Shown one piece after another: positions 43,833-57,733 of a stretch of 64,000 bases of DNA; the first letter of the stretch is position 1; every line of letters begins with the position of its first letter. The notes below the pieces were generated by a model, which had not been told where the DNA came from, did not search any database, and saw nothing but the letters and a program-made list of their open reading frames with translations. The DNA lies in the NCBI GenBank assembly GCA_964016885.1, contig OZ024751.1, forward strand, positions 14,756,001 to 14,820,000, in the 5' to 3' direction. The stretch is from Eledone cirrhosa. Taxonomy: Eukaryota. A program made the position numbers and the translations under genes.

Positions 43833-43927
43833 CAGAACATCATGGCAGAATTCATAACAAAATATTGAGAGCAATCAAAAGGCATGTTTAATACATTCAA
43901 TCTTCAAAAGCACAATATATGTATTGT

Positions 43928-43963
<36 letters not shown>

Positions 43964-44026
43964 CATGTGTATATATATACATGTGTATATATATATATAT
44001 ACATTTGTATATATATATATATACAC

Positions 44027-44065
<39 letters not shown>

Positions 44066-44099
44066 TATATACATATGTATATATATATATATACACATG

Positions 44100-44185
<86 letters not shown>

Positions 44186-44232
44186 TATACATATTTATAT
44201 ATACATATATATATATATACATATATATATAT

Positions 44233-44296
<64 letters not shown>

Positions 44297-44316
44297 ATAT
44301 ACATATTTATATATAC

Positions 44317-44401
<85 letters not shown>

Positions 44402-44424
44402 CATATATATATCTATACACACAC

Positions 44425-44480
<56 letters not shown>

Positions 44481-44613
44481 GTATATATGTGTGTGTATAT
44501 ATATATATGTATGTATATATATATATGTATATATATATATATGTATATATAAATATGTATATATATGTGTGTGTATGTATATATATATATGCATATATAA
44601 ATATATATATAAC

Positions 44614-44657
<44 letters not shown>

Positions 44658-45537
44658 TGTTTGTGTACATATAACGACAACAAAGACAAATGTAGTCTCC
44701 TTTACATTTACACACAAACACATATGAGACAGAGAGAACACTCCTGCATCTCTGACACACACATACATATACACACACACGGTAATATAGTAATATATAC
44801 ACACTCACACAATTGCTCGCTGCTCTTGTTCCACCATTGTGCAATCTCCAGTGGAAATTAACAATGGATCAAGTAACAGAATGTTCTAGAATGATAAAAT
44901 AAAATAAAACAAAACAGAAACCAAAACAAAAACACAACAAAAGCAAAAATACAAAAAGAAAGAAAAAAAAACTGTCGATAATTAATAAAAACAAATGGTG
45001 GAAAAGATGTGAATAATATTGATAGATACCTCTTTTTTCGCCTTCTTCCATCAAAGAGCGTCACTAACTTATTATCTACCCTTACCATTCAATCGACAAT
45101 GAATTCATCATATATCTTCTCTATTGCTTCCCAGTTTGGAAAGCTGGACATGTTTTTATTTATATTTATTTATTAATATTTATATTTCTCATGTTTTCAT
45201 TGTATTAATAATAATTTCTGCTTCAGATATTCAACGACGCCATATAAATTTGTTTTTAAGGACTTATTTAATGGCTGATGAAGATCTAACGGCGGACGTT
45301 CAATACAACAACAGCAGCAGCAGTAGTGGTGGTGGTGCTGATAGTAGTAGTAGTAGTGGTGGTGGTGGTGATAGTAGTAGCAGTAGCAGTATTAATGGTG
45401 GTGGAGCGACCTTTCCTTTCGTACTGTGTGTGTATGTGTGTATCCGTGTATATGTGTGTGTGGGTGAGTGTGTTTATATATATATGTATGTATATAAATG
45501 AAAAGTATAGAAATTATTATGAGCAAGAAGCACACAG

Positions 45538-45583
<46 letters not shown>

Positions 45584-45662
45584 TATAAAGTATGTCCATA
45601 GAATCATTTGATAAGATATATACACCATTTCCTCTCCCAATCAGCATAATCAACCACACAAT

Positions 45663-45742
<80 letters not shown>

Positions 45743-47794
45743 TTGTTTTTTAAGTATAATTGTCAACAGAATAAACACTCAATATATTTTAGATTTTATT
45801 TTACAAAGAAGATGGCGGATGGCTTTTCGAAGTCCTGATGATTTCATAGGAAGGAAACAGTTCTAGTCATGTCGATCTCTCTATCTCTATATACAATGTG
45901 GTCTACCTTTCGTGGTAGGCTCTATACCGTAGTGAGAACTGAATGTAATCTGTTAGCAAGTAGTTCAGTGAGATCCAGAGAATAGTTCTGTGTTTCGCTG
46001 AGTCAATCTTTCAGAAGCAGAGTCGGCAGTATCGGTAGAGCCTCAGACACCATGCTTTGCAGCATAGAGTTATGGCCCTTTACGTTCTGAGTTCAAATCC
46101 CGCCGAGGTTAACTTTGCCTTTCATCCTTACGGGGTCAATAAACTAAGGCACCAGTAATGCAATGGGGGTAATTGCTGGCCTTGTGCCAAAAGTAGAAAC
46201 GATTATTAAACTAATATGTCTACATCTCTATATAAAGAATGATGTGCGCATGCGCAGAGATGCTTTAGAATAGCTTATAAAATAGGATGGAGACCCTTAA
46301 AGACGGAAAAAGAAGTTGCCATTGGTCGCTATATATATAAAACTATTATCTATAATTTATGTTTATTTTTACTTTTCTATGATATTTCAAAATGTCCATT
46401 AATGAAAATGATATCTCCACCAAGAAGAGGTAAATATTGCTGAGTGATACCTACATCACCATCCCCTTCTTTCTCCTCCTTCCCTCCTCCTGATCATCAT
46501 CAACATCACCATCGTCATCATCATCAACACCATCATCACCCTCCTCTTCTTTCTCCTTATCATCATCCCTTCCTTCCCCTCCGCCTCCTCATCCCCTTCA
46601 TCACCATCATTATCATCACCATCCTCATCGACATCATCATCATCGTCCCCATCCTCTTCCTCCTTCGCCATCCTCTTCCCCATCATCATCATCATCAGCA
46701 TCATCCCATCCTTCTTCTCATCACCCTCCTCTTCCTTCCCCTAATCACCAATCTCATCATCACCACCGTCACCACCGTCATCATCATCACAATCCGCCCC
46801 CTTCCTTCCTTCTCCTGCTCTCCCTCCTCCTCATCATCATCATTGCCGTTATCTTACGTAACCAAACAAATTCAAAGGTGACAACTCAAAAATTAACAAC
46901 ACCAACAACAACAAGACCAACCACAACAACAAAACCAACAACAAGACCTAGCCAGTGTATATGGGATGCAACAGCACCCCAGTCTAAACTAATTAAAACT
47001 GGAATGTTAATCATTAACTTATAACAACAATAATTAATACGTTTTACTTTCCGTTGAAAGAGGAAGAAAAATCTTCCATTTAATGCATGTAATCTTTAGC
47101 TTAAAGCTTCAACTTCTGCTTGGTTATATTCCTTCATTAAGTCAAATTAACTTTCGTCTTGCGAAAGAGTCGTTAGTGGAATGTGAAGCAGCCATTATAG
47201 CAACGACTTAAGTTACTCTTTAAGATTTGACTGCACGTATTAACTCGGCCATTAATAGCGCAGACAGACGTTTACCAAGTTATATTATTATGGAAGCACT
47301 TACAGCCAACAATTTTCATCTTCTCTATAATTAAATCATGTTTCCAAGCCAAGCAGAATGACTTCAACAACATTTTCTCCTCTTCCATTATTTATTATTA
47401 ATTACATGGTCATAATATTTTTCTGGCACACAGAAATTCAATTTCATTCCAAAATCTTTTACATTCTGTTCCTGTTGTCAGTTAATTTACAGTTTAAAAC
47501 TCAATTTGTTGTTGTTATTATGGTTGTTGTTGCATCATTATTTTGTTATTATTATAGTTTTTTTTTTCATATTTATTATTATTCTTATTATTTTATGTGA
47601 GATAATTTTTTTTAAAAAACCAACTCTTACAAAGCTCAGACATGTCTGTGAGGTTTATGGAATCTGCTACCTGACCATTTTGTATCCGGGTACATCACAC
47701 TCGGTGGCACCATGGGCAAGGTTTCGTCTCCTCTAGGACCAGTGAGAGAAATTTCGTGGACAGAGATTATGCAAAAACGTGTCGCTTGAGCGTG

Positions 47795-48100
47795 TTTGTG
47801 AGAGTGTGTGTGTGTGCTCTTGTAAGTGTGTGTGTGTGAGAGTGTGTGTGTGTGCTCTTGTGAAGGTCTGTACGTGTGTGTGTGTGCTCTTGTGAATGTC
47901 TGTACGTGTGTGTGTGAGAGAGTGTGTGTGTGCTCTTGTGAATGTCTGTACGTGTGTGTGTGTGAGAGAGAGTGTGTGTGTGTGTGCTCATGTGAATGTC
48001 TGTACGTGTGTGTGTGTGAGAGAGTGTGTGTGTGTGCTCTTGTGAATGTCTGTACGTGTGTGTGTGTGTGAGTGTGTGTGTGTGTGCTCTTGTGAATGTC

Positions 48101-48142
<42 letters not shown>

Positions 48143-49208
48143 TGTGTGTGTGTGCTCATGTGAATGTCTGTACGTGTGTGTGTGTGTGAGTGTGTGTGTG
48201 TGTGCTCTTGTGAATGTCTGTACGTTTGTGTGTGTATGTGTGAGAGAGTGTGTGTGTGTGCTCTTGTGAATGTCTGTACGTGTGTGTGAGAGAGTGTGTG
48301 TGTGTGTGCTCTTGTGAATGTATGTACGTGTATGTGAGAGAATGTGTGTGTGTGTGCTCTTGTGAATGTATGTACGTGTATGTGAGAGAATGTGTGTGTG
48401 TGTGCTCATGTGAATGTCAGTACGTGTGTGTGTGTGTGTGTGTGAGAGTGTGTGTGTGTGTGTGCTCTTGTGAATGTATGTACGTGTGTGTGTGTGTGAG
48501 AAAGTGTGTGTGTGTGTGTGTGTGTGCTCTTGTGAATGTCTGTATGTCTGTCAGAGAGAGTGTGTGTGTGTGCTCATGTGAATGTCTGTATGTGTGTGTG
48601 AGAGAGTGTGTGTGTGTGCTCATGTGAATGTCTGTACGTGTGTGTGAGAGAGTGTGTGTGTGCTCTTGTGAATGTCTGTATGTCTGTGTGAGAGAGTGTG
48701 TGTGTGTGCTCATGTGAATGTCTGTATGTGTGTGTGTGAGAGTGTGTGTGTGTGCTCTTGTGAATGTCTGTACGTGTGTGTGTGTTGTGTGTGTGTGAGA
48801 GAGTGTGTGTGTGTGCTCTTGTGAATGTCTGTACGTGTGTGTGTGTGTGAGAGTGTGTGTGTGTGCTCATGTGAATGTCTGTACGTGTGTGTGTGAGAGA
48901 GTGTGTGTGTGTGTGCTCTTGTGAATGTCTGTACGTGTGTGTGTGAGAGAGAGTGTGTGTGTGCTCTTGTGAATGTCTGTACGTGTGTGTGTGTGAGAGT
49001 GTGTGTGTGTGCTCTTGTGAATGTATGTACGTGTGTGTGTGTGTGTGTGTGAGAGAGTGTGTGTGTGTGCTCATGTGAATGTCTGTATGTGTGTGTGTGA
49101 GAGTGTGTGTGTGTGTGCTCTTGTGAATGTATGTACGTGTGTGTGTGAGAGAGTGTGTGTGTGTGCTCTTGTGAATGTATGTACGTGTGTGTGTGAGAGT
49201 GTGTGTGT
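47795..49208. repeat. ~45-bp minisatellite built on (TG)n
   Basis: GCTCTTGTGAATGTCTGTACG core separated by variable (TG)n(AG)n(TG)n; a similar TGTGGGTAGATC array lies at 53570-54335. Confidence 0.92.
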
Positions 49209-49710
49209 TTCTGTACCAGACTCGAAATATAAGTACTGGGTGGAGGGTGGAGGGTGGAGGGTGGCTATAATGTAGAAGGAAAAGGAAAAGAGCCAGTATG
49301 TAATTGCGGAAGTGTTTATCATTTCCCGCTAAAAAAAAAAAAAAAAGCAGTGAATATCTGGTGTCTCAACCACGAATACATCAACAAATAGAATACAGCT
49401 TACAGTATACTGCATCAGCAGGGGAGGATTTATTGGGGAAGGTGGAGCAATTACCCCCCCCCCCCTCCCTCAGGTCTAAAAATCTGGTCCTATACTTCCA
49501 GTATGTTCTACACGCCGTCACAACGACTCGTTCTGTCATCATCGCACATAGAAAACACTACAACACTTTCAAATCACATTTAGAAGTCGAAAGGTAAAGA
49601 AGAGATCACCGACAGCTTATAGACAAGAGTTAAATAAGGCTCAGATATATAAGAACGGATCAAAGTGTGATCACTGACTCATAGAAAAGCTACACACCAT
49701 CTTATCACAA

Positions 49711-50639
49711 TCTCTATATATAAAAAACGAAAATGTATGTCTATCTGTCTCTATGTCTGTATGTATGTATGTATGTCGGGTCACTCTTGAGTGCTACTGG
49801 TAACATGTAACCCAGTACAACCTGTCGCATGGTCGGGTCGTCGGCGACTAAACCGGCGACCCCACCAAGTTTAATTCGTGAGGAGGAGGATTTTGGACAC
49901 CTTGCAGGACAAAAAACAAAACCTGACAAAGAGCGGAAGAACTCATAAGAGTCAACGGCCATCCAAAAGTGTGTAAATATGTATATACACATGTACATAT
50001 GTATGTATATGTATATGTGTATATATATGGGTGCATGTGTATGAATATGCGCGGGGACATAGAAATAGTCGGGCTGGACACCCAATCGCGCGGTTAAACC
50101 ACTGGGAGTAAAGGGCCCTAGCCTTTGTCAGGGCCTTCTTCTAGGAGAAGGCAACTCAGGAAACCGATATAAAACCTGCGGCTCAGTAGTAACCGATGAT
50201 GTTGATCTTTTCTTCTTTTCGGGTTATAGCTACTGTCGCTCAGAGAGTGGGATTGGCTCAGTGCACAGTCTTTCCTCACTTAAAAAGAATCTTCACGCAC
50301 AGGCATTGCACGATAGAATTAATTAATAATTATTAATAATGGTATATCGTGCAATGGCCATACTCGATAACGAAGGGGCAGCCATCATCATTTTGTATGT
50401 ATGTATGTATGCAGGCGATGCATTTCCACAGTTTCCATCCGATTTTGTTCAAATTTGATACATAGGTTATTTAGCCCCCGGAGCATGCCAACATACAGTT
50501 TAAATCTTGCTCTTCTCTAAAATATCGGGGTTCTGGAGCTATTTAAAGCCAGCCATGTTGATGAGAGAGAGGGAGGGGGGTGGGTCTTTATTTACAGTGG
50601 CGAAAGGTGCGCCCGGCAACAACGGGCTCTTTTAACTAG
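49711..50639 (+). mobile_element. Non-autonomous Helitron with a nested RTE-related element (49777-50391)
   Basis: A|TCTCTATATATAAAA start; GCCCGGCAACAACGGGC hairpin then CTAG|T; insert sits in the internal (TATG)n run. Confidence 0.8.
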
Positions 50640-50995
50640 TTTTAAATAAGAAGAATAACCCAATTTCAACCGAAATAAATGTCAAAACAGACCCCACCTC
50701 ATCGTTGTAACAATCTCGTCTGTTTAATCTCAATAAAGTGTCCATTACTTTCCAACATGTTGATGGGTACTGACATGGGTTCGGGTTGTAATTGTTGTTT
50801 ATTTAAATAAATTAAGCCCCCACACATCCTTCTTACTTTCGGCCTTAAACTCGTGATGGAGTCACAGGGGTGCGTACGCCAGCACAATGGCGAAACTTAT
50901 AAGTAATTGTCATATCCGGTGATATAAAATAAAATAAAGTTGTTTCATTCTAGACATTATACGAGTTCCGTATCAGATAACATTAGAACACAGTA

Positions 50996-51047
<52 letters not shown>

Positions 51048-51101
51048 TTTTAATATATAAGGGAACAAATAATCAGTGTTACATCATATACATATTTAAT
51101 T

Positions 51102-51193
51102 ACATATTACATATGTTTCACTGTCGATCAGCTCGAGGAACGATCTATTAATGATCGAACCTGACTCTGGAATCGGAAGCTCCTCAGATATGT
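51102..51193 (-). ncRNA. Type I hammerhead ribozyme
   Basis: ACAUAU / CUGAGGA / GCU..CGAUU...GAUCG..AGU / GAAA / CAUAUG / UA / AUAUGU; palindromic stem III ACAUAUGU, GUA triplet. Confidence 0.8.
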
Positions 51194-51229
51194 TCTAACA
51201 TGTAGACTCGTGTCTCAGAGTGGTTAACA

Positions 51230-51271
<42 letters not shown>

Positions 51272-51316
51272 TGTTAACAACTGTCAGACGCGAGTCTACA
51301 TGTTTATATATATATA

Positions 51317-52314
51317 TCTACTATATACATTGGAAGTGGTCGGACGTTGTATATGTAGGTGTAGTCGGATAAACGTCGAAACGGTTTGGTGGAATGCAGC
51401 GAAATTTTACACAGTTATGCAGAATGACCCGAGGAGGCTTTGGGTCGACTTTCAACTTTACGGAGAAAATCGATGAAACAGGAATTTCCCATTCAAATTG
51501 AACTGAGAGTAATCTGTGAACGCAGAAGTAAATATTTCGAGAAACGTTGCAACCGAAGGAAAACAGGAAGACGATATTCTGGTTTGTGAAGACGTTCCCT
51601 GGCAATGAACGGAAAAAAGCGAGAATAATACGTCGTTATGTGGAGCGTAAAGAACAATTTCATGCAAAGACAAGACCAAGTTTATGGTATAAATGAAGTC
51701 GTTAGACTAATATTCTATTTAAAATAACAGAATGATTTCCAGCTCCAGAGTTTAAGAATGATATAAATAAAATTGAAAACGAAAATGACAGAAGTTATTA
51801 AAATAGTAAAAGTAAATAGTGAAGATTTAGGCCAGCACATACGTATGCCCCGACGGACATACACATACATACGCACACACAAATACATACCCCCCCCCCC
51901 CACACGTATGTATAAACCTTATGCGTTTCTACAGTATTTTCACCAAACTTAAGACATAGGTTACTTATGTACTCCGGATGATCATGGGCACTTTCATTTT
52001 TCCAGATATTGATTATAGGGCCTCCCGGCAAATAACCCCCTTTAACCACTTCCTTGGAGTCGACTGAAGCACTGGAGTTCGCAACCGATTTTCACAAAAC
52101 TTGACACATGGGCTACGTTTGTCCTACATATGAATGTGAACTCTCAGAATTGGCACATATTGAGTAGGGGAACCCTGGGGGCAGGAACCCCCTTTTGGAA
52201 AAAGCCGATGATTTTGTAAAAGTATAGTTTTCGAAGCAGCACTGAAGTATTGACATAAATGGTATATACACAACTGCTATTTAATACCCGAGCAACGCCG
52301 GGTACCTCTGCTAG
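51317..52314 (+). mobile_element. Non-autonomous Helitron (~1 kb)
   Basis: A|TCTACTATATA start; CCCGAGCAACGCCGGG hairpin then CTAG|T; inserted in a TA run. Confidence 0.88.
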
Positions 52315-52357
52315 TATATATATAAACATGTAGACTCGCGTCTGGGAGTTGTTAACA

Positions 52358-52426
<69 letters not shown>

Positions 52427-52444
52427 GTTGACTATGTAACTAAT

Positions 52445-52770
52445 TCTTCTTCCTCCAAGCATGACCAGCCAAGCTCATTGATGTTATCCAACCATATTGC
52501 TCGGGGTGTACCCCTGGGTCTCCTACCTGTTGGTTTTGCCCTTAAAATCAGCCCGGCCACCATTCTTTCCTGAGACATTTTAACCACATACCCATGCTAT
52601 ATAATACACTAGAACATGGGTGGCAGACTTAACTCGTCGACTAGTTTAACCTCCACTAACTGGTCCTCAGATATCTTTACCTGAGTCCACCCTATTGCAA
52701 ACATTTGGTCCACAATTACGTGGCTGAATATCATTTCCTCTCCTCCTGTCACCTGTTTCAGATGCCCCGA
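52445..52770 (-). mobile_element. Decayed RTE LINE fragment
   Basis: GYVVKMSQERM..LILRAKPTGRRPRGTPRAIWLDNI. Confidence 0.6.
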
Positions 52771-52788
52771 AAAAAAAAATATATATAT

Positions 52789-52939
52789 AACGGAGGAAAT
52801 GTGGTAAGGAACCAGGTGGACCATAACGCACCAAAGTACTCAATACTTCGGGTAGTAGAATACCAGGATAAAAATTTTCATTTAGTCCAGAATTAGCCGT
52901 CGAAAAGGCTTGAGCTCAGCCGTCGGGGTCCTACTCGTT

Positions 52940-52944
<5 letters not shown>
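52789..52944. mobile_element. Family A element with internal strand switch
   Basis: 52789-52860 is in the same orientation as 2100-2170; 52863-52944 is the reverse complement of 2178-2258. Confidence 0.8.
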
Positions 52945-52973
<29 letters not shown>

Positions 52974-52976
<3 letters not shown>

Positions 52977-53237
52977 ATAGAATCACCAGATAAAATATAT
53001 ACCGTTTCCTCTCCCAATTAGCATAATTAACCATATAAAAAATCAATTAGACCAAGCCATAAGAATAAAGGCTCCTATGAAGAAATCTCCGACAAATAAC
53101 CGAAAGCAGCCTTTCGCGGCGGTTGCGACGGAGTATTTATCGAGTATTTCGAGGCTTGGTCTAATTGATTTTTTATATGGTTAATTATGGTAATTGGGAG
53201 AGGAAACGGTATATATTTTATCTGGTGATTCTATAGA
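52974..53237. repeat. Fold-back element: ~85-bp inverted arms around a ~95-bp spacer; related fragment at 45598-45658
   Basis: TCTATAGAATCACCAGATAAAATATATACCGTTTCCTCTCCC...GACCAAGCC versus GGCTTGGTC...GATTCTATAGA. Confidence 0.85.
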
Positions 53238-53322
53238 CATGTTTTATGATATATAGCTCTGACTGTTTAATTTATTAACTCTTCATTGAGCCACAAAGTG
53301 ACCCGTTGCAAAACACACACAC

Positions 53323-53387
<65 letters not shown>

Positions 53388-54918
53388 GGACCATTTATAC
53401 AGTCCTTTCCTCCCTGACTAAGAGGTAAAAAAATAAAATGTGTTTTCTTTATTTTGTGGTACAAAAACTAAAATGTGTGAAAAGTATCAAGTCCTGGTAT
53501 TTGTTGATTTATGTATCTCACACATAAATAAACATTTGTAAAACCAGTCAAAGCATCACATACGAGAATGTGTGTGTGTAGTAGTGTGGATGTGGGTAAA
53601 TCTGTGTGTGTGAATATGTATGTAGGTAGATCTGTGTGTGTGTGTGGGAGGGGGGGGGTAAATATGTGTGTGTGTGTGTGTCGATGTGTATGTGGGTAGA
53701 TATGTATGTGTGTGTGTGTGGGTGGGTGTGTGTGGGTGGGTAAATCTGTGTGTGTGTGTCGATGAGTATGTGGGTAGATCTGTGTGTGTGTGGGTAGATC
53801 CGTGTGTATGTGTGTCGATGTGTATGTGAGTAGATCTGTGTGTGTGTGTGTGTGTGTCGATGTGTATGTGGGTAGATCTGTGTGTGTGTGATGCGGGGGG
53901 GGGGGTTAAATATGTGTGTGTGTGTGTCGATATGTATGTGGGTAGATATGTGTGTGTGTGTCGATATGTATGTGGGTAGATATGTGTGTGTGTGTCGCTG
54001 TGTATGTGGGTAGATCTGTGTGTGAGTGTGTGTGAGTGTGTCGATGTGTATGTGGGTAGATCTGTGTGTGTAAGTATATGTATGTATATGTATGTGACTG
54101 TTTGTGTATGTGGGTAGATCTCTGAGTGGGTGGTGTGTATATGTGCATGCATATACGTATATGTGTGTTTGTGCGTTTGTGACATACGACAGTATGTGTG
54201 CAGTCGTGTGTATGTGGGTAAATCTGTGTGTGTAAGTATATGTATGTATATATATATATATGTAAGTATGTATGTGTGGGTGTGTGTGTGTTTGTGTGGG
54301 TGTATTTGTGTGGATGTGGATGTGGGTAGATCTCTGTGTGAGTGTGTATGTGTGTATGTATATGTATGTTTGTATATGTGTGTGTTTATGTGCATACATG
54401 TGTGTGTGTGTGTGTGTTTGTCTGCATACACGTGTGGATGTGTATATGAATATGAGTATGTGAATATGTGTGTGTGTGTTTGAGTCTGTGGACGGGATAT
54501 GTGTGTGTATTTGCCTGTATGTATGTGAGTATGGATGTGTGTATATGTGGTGGTATGAGTATATGTATATATATATATATATGTATGTGTTTGGGTGTTT
54601 ATATGTGTGTGTGTATGTGCAGGTCTAAGTATATGCATATATGCATATATGTATACAGTATATATGTGTGTATACGTGTTTATATGTTTATGTGTGTATG
54701 TGTGTGTGTGTGTGCGTGTGTGTGAGTGTGTATGTGTGCGCGTGTGTGAGTGCGTGTGTGTGCGTGTGTGTCTGAGTGCATGTGTGTGTGCGTGTGTGAG
54801 TGTGTGTGCGTGTGTGTGCGTGTATGTAGTCAGTAAACAAACAGCTACGCATTCATATATATATATATATATATATATACAATATATAAGATCAAAAGAT
54901 GGTTAAAAGAGTTCCATG

Positions 54919-54989
54919 TATTTTATTATGCGCATTTCAAAAACAAATATCATCATGCGATGACATTTGCGTTTTCGTCAGATAAAATA
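54919..54989 (-). ncRNA. Type I hammerhead ribozyme within a fold-back element (54883-55101)
   Basis: UAUUUUAU / CUGACGA / AAAC-GCAAAUGUCAUC-GCAU-GAUGAUAUUUGU-UUUU / GAAA / UGCGCA / UA / AUAAAAUA. Confidence 0.88.
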
Positions 54990-55186
54990 GGGAGACATGA
55001 TATGAAGGTTAAAAACACTTGTGAATAGTGCAGTTTTAAATCAACATATCATTGAAATGCGCATAATAAAATACTTTTAACCATCTTTTGATCTTATATA
55101 TTATTTAACTCCAGTCCTACAAACTGTAGAGTGCTACTTATCCGATATCTGCATTGCTTTATTGTACTACAATAAAACTCACCTCC

Positions 55187-55264
<78 letters not shown>

Positions 55265-55329
55265 TATGTATGTATATATGTATATATATATATATATATA
55301 TAAATATATATATAGGTATAATGTATATA

Positions 55330-55403
55330 TTGCCTTGTCTGACGAACGAATGCGGACGTTTCTTGTATTCGTCTTATTCGGGAAACCTCTGGTAATGAGG
55401 TAA
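55330..55403 (+). ncRNA. Type I hammerhead ribozyme between TA tracts
   Basis: UUGCCUUGU / CUGACGA / ACGAAU...AUUCGG / GAAA / CC-UCU-GG / UA / AUGAGGUAA. Confidence 0.82.
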
Positions 55404-55605
55404 TTATATTGTATTGTTTATTATACATTAATGTATATATATATATATATAGATATATATATATATGTATAATGTATATATATATATATATATGTATAAT
55501 GTATGTATATATAGATATATAGATATATGTATAATGTATATATATATAGAGATATATATGTATATACAATGTTCTCGGTATGGTGAACTAACTGTTGTGT
55601 AACCA

Positions 55606-55692
<87 letters not shown>

Positions 55693-57699
55693 CACGCATC
55701 TACATATACATAAATAAACATACCCAGCTACATACAGATAAATTCACAATCAAATCTTTACAAATATATACACGCACATACATATACATACACGTACAGA
55801 CTCATATATACACATGTACATATATATACATACATAATGCACGCACACATGTATATGCACGTGCACAAAACACACTATTACAGGTGGTGGTGGTGGTGGT
55901 GGTGGGATTGGTGGTGGTGATTGGATTGGTGGTGGTGGTGGTGGTGGGATTGGTGGTGGTGATGGTGCTGGTGGTGGTGGTGGGATTGGTGGTGGTGATG
56001 GGATTGGTGGTGGTGGTGGTGGTGGGATTGGTGGTGGTGATTGGATTGGTGGTGGTGATGGTGCTGGTGGTGGTGGTGGGATTGGTGGTGGTGATGGTGC
56101 TGGTGGTGGTGGTGGGATTGGTGGTGGTGGTTAATTGGTGGTGGTGATGGGATTGGTGGCGATGGTGGTGGTGGGATTGGTGATGGTGGAGGGGTTGGTG
56201 GTAGTGGGGGTGAAGGGATTGGTGGTGGTGGGGTCGGTGGTATGGTGGGGATTGTAAGTGATAGTGGAGATGGGGTTGGTGGTATGGTGGTAGAGGTGGG
56301 GTTGGTGGTATGGTGGTAGTGGTGGGGTTGGTGGTATGGTGGTGGTGGTGGGGTTGGTGGTATGGTGGGGGGGGGGGGGGGGGGGGGGGGGGGTAGAGCT
56401 GGGATTGGTGGTATGGTGGTGGTGGTGGGGTTGGAGGTATGGTGGTAGTGGTGGGGTTGGTGGTATGGTGGTAGTGGTGGGGTTGGTGGTATGGTGGTAG
56501 TGGTGGGGTTGGTGGTATGGTGGTAGTGGTGGGGTTGGTGGTATGGTGGTAGTGGTGGGGTTGGTGGTATGGTGGTAGTGGTGGGGTTGGTTGTATGGTG
56601 GTAGAGCTGGGGTTGGTGGTATGGTGGTAGAGCTGGGGTTGGTTGTATGGTGGTAGAGCTGGGGTTGGTGGTATGGTGGTAGAGCTGGGGTTGGTGGTAT
56701 GGTGGTAGTGGTGGGGTTGGTGGTATGGTGGTAGAGCTGGGGTTGGTGGTATGGTGGTAGAGCTGGGGTTGGTGGTATGGTGGTAGAGCTGGGGTTGGTG
56801 GTATGGTGGTAGAGCTGGGGTTGGTGGTATGTTCGTGATCGTGATGGTGGCGGTGGGGGGTAGTGGTGAAGAAGGTGAAAGCTGTTGTGGTAGTTTTGGA
56901 AGTTGTTGATGTTGGAGGTGGTGAAAGTGGTGATGGTGGTGGTGGTGGCGGTGACGGGGGTGGTGGTGATGATAATTATGGTGGTAATGGTGGTGGTGGT
57001 GGTGATGGCGGTGACGATGATAATTATGGTGGTGATGGTGGTGGTGAAAGTGATGGTGATGGTGGTGGTGGTGGTGATGGTGATGGTGGTGAAAGTGGTG
57101 GTGATGGTGGTGGTGGTGGTGGTGATGGTGATGGTGGTGGTGATGATAATTATGGTGGTGATGGTGCTGGTGGTGGAGATGATAATGATGGTGGTGGTGG
57201 TGATGATTGTGGTGGTGATAATGGTGACGGTGGTGGTGATGGTGGGGTTGATGTTGATGGTGGTGATGGTGGTGATGGTGGTGATGGTGGTGGTGGATGG
57301 TGATGGTGGTGGTGGTGATGATAATTATGGTGGTGATGATGATAGTGGTGGTGGTGATAATGGTGGTGATGATGATGATGGTGGTGGTGACGGTGGTGGT
57401 GATGGTGGGGTTGATGATGGTGGTTGTGATGGTGGGGTTGATGATGGTGGTGGTGATGGTGGGGATGATGTTGGTGGTGGTGATGGTGGGGTTGATGATG
57501 GTGGTGGTGATGGTGGGGATGATGTTGGTGGTAGAGGGGGGTTTGATGATATTGACCAGATAAATGCCCATCTGATCAAAAATTAATTTCCTTATAGCAA
57601 ATACACACACATACATATACAGACATATATACTCACATACACACATATACACAGAGGGACAAACATACAGATATACACGTATGTGTATATCTGTATGTT

Positions 57700-57733
<34 letters not shown>

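Noticed and set aside
42404-43900. Mucin-like Thr-rich, Gly-rich and Pro-rich ORFs (also 55802-57820, 60116-60937, 61093-62968)
   Set aside because: Trinucleotide low-complexity repeats open in several frames on both strands, with no signal peptide, domain or splice context
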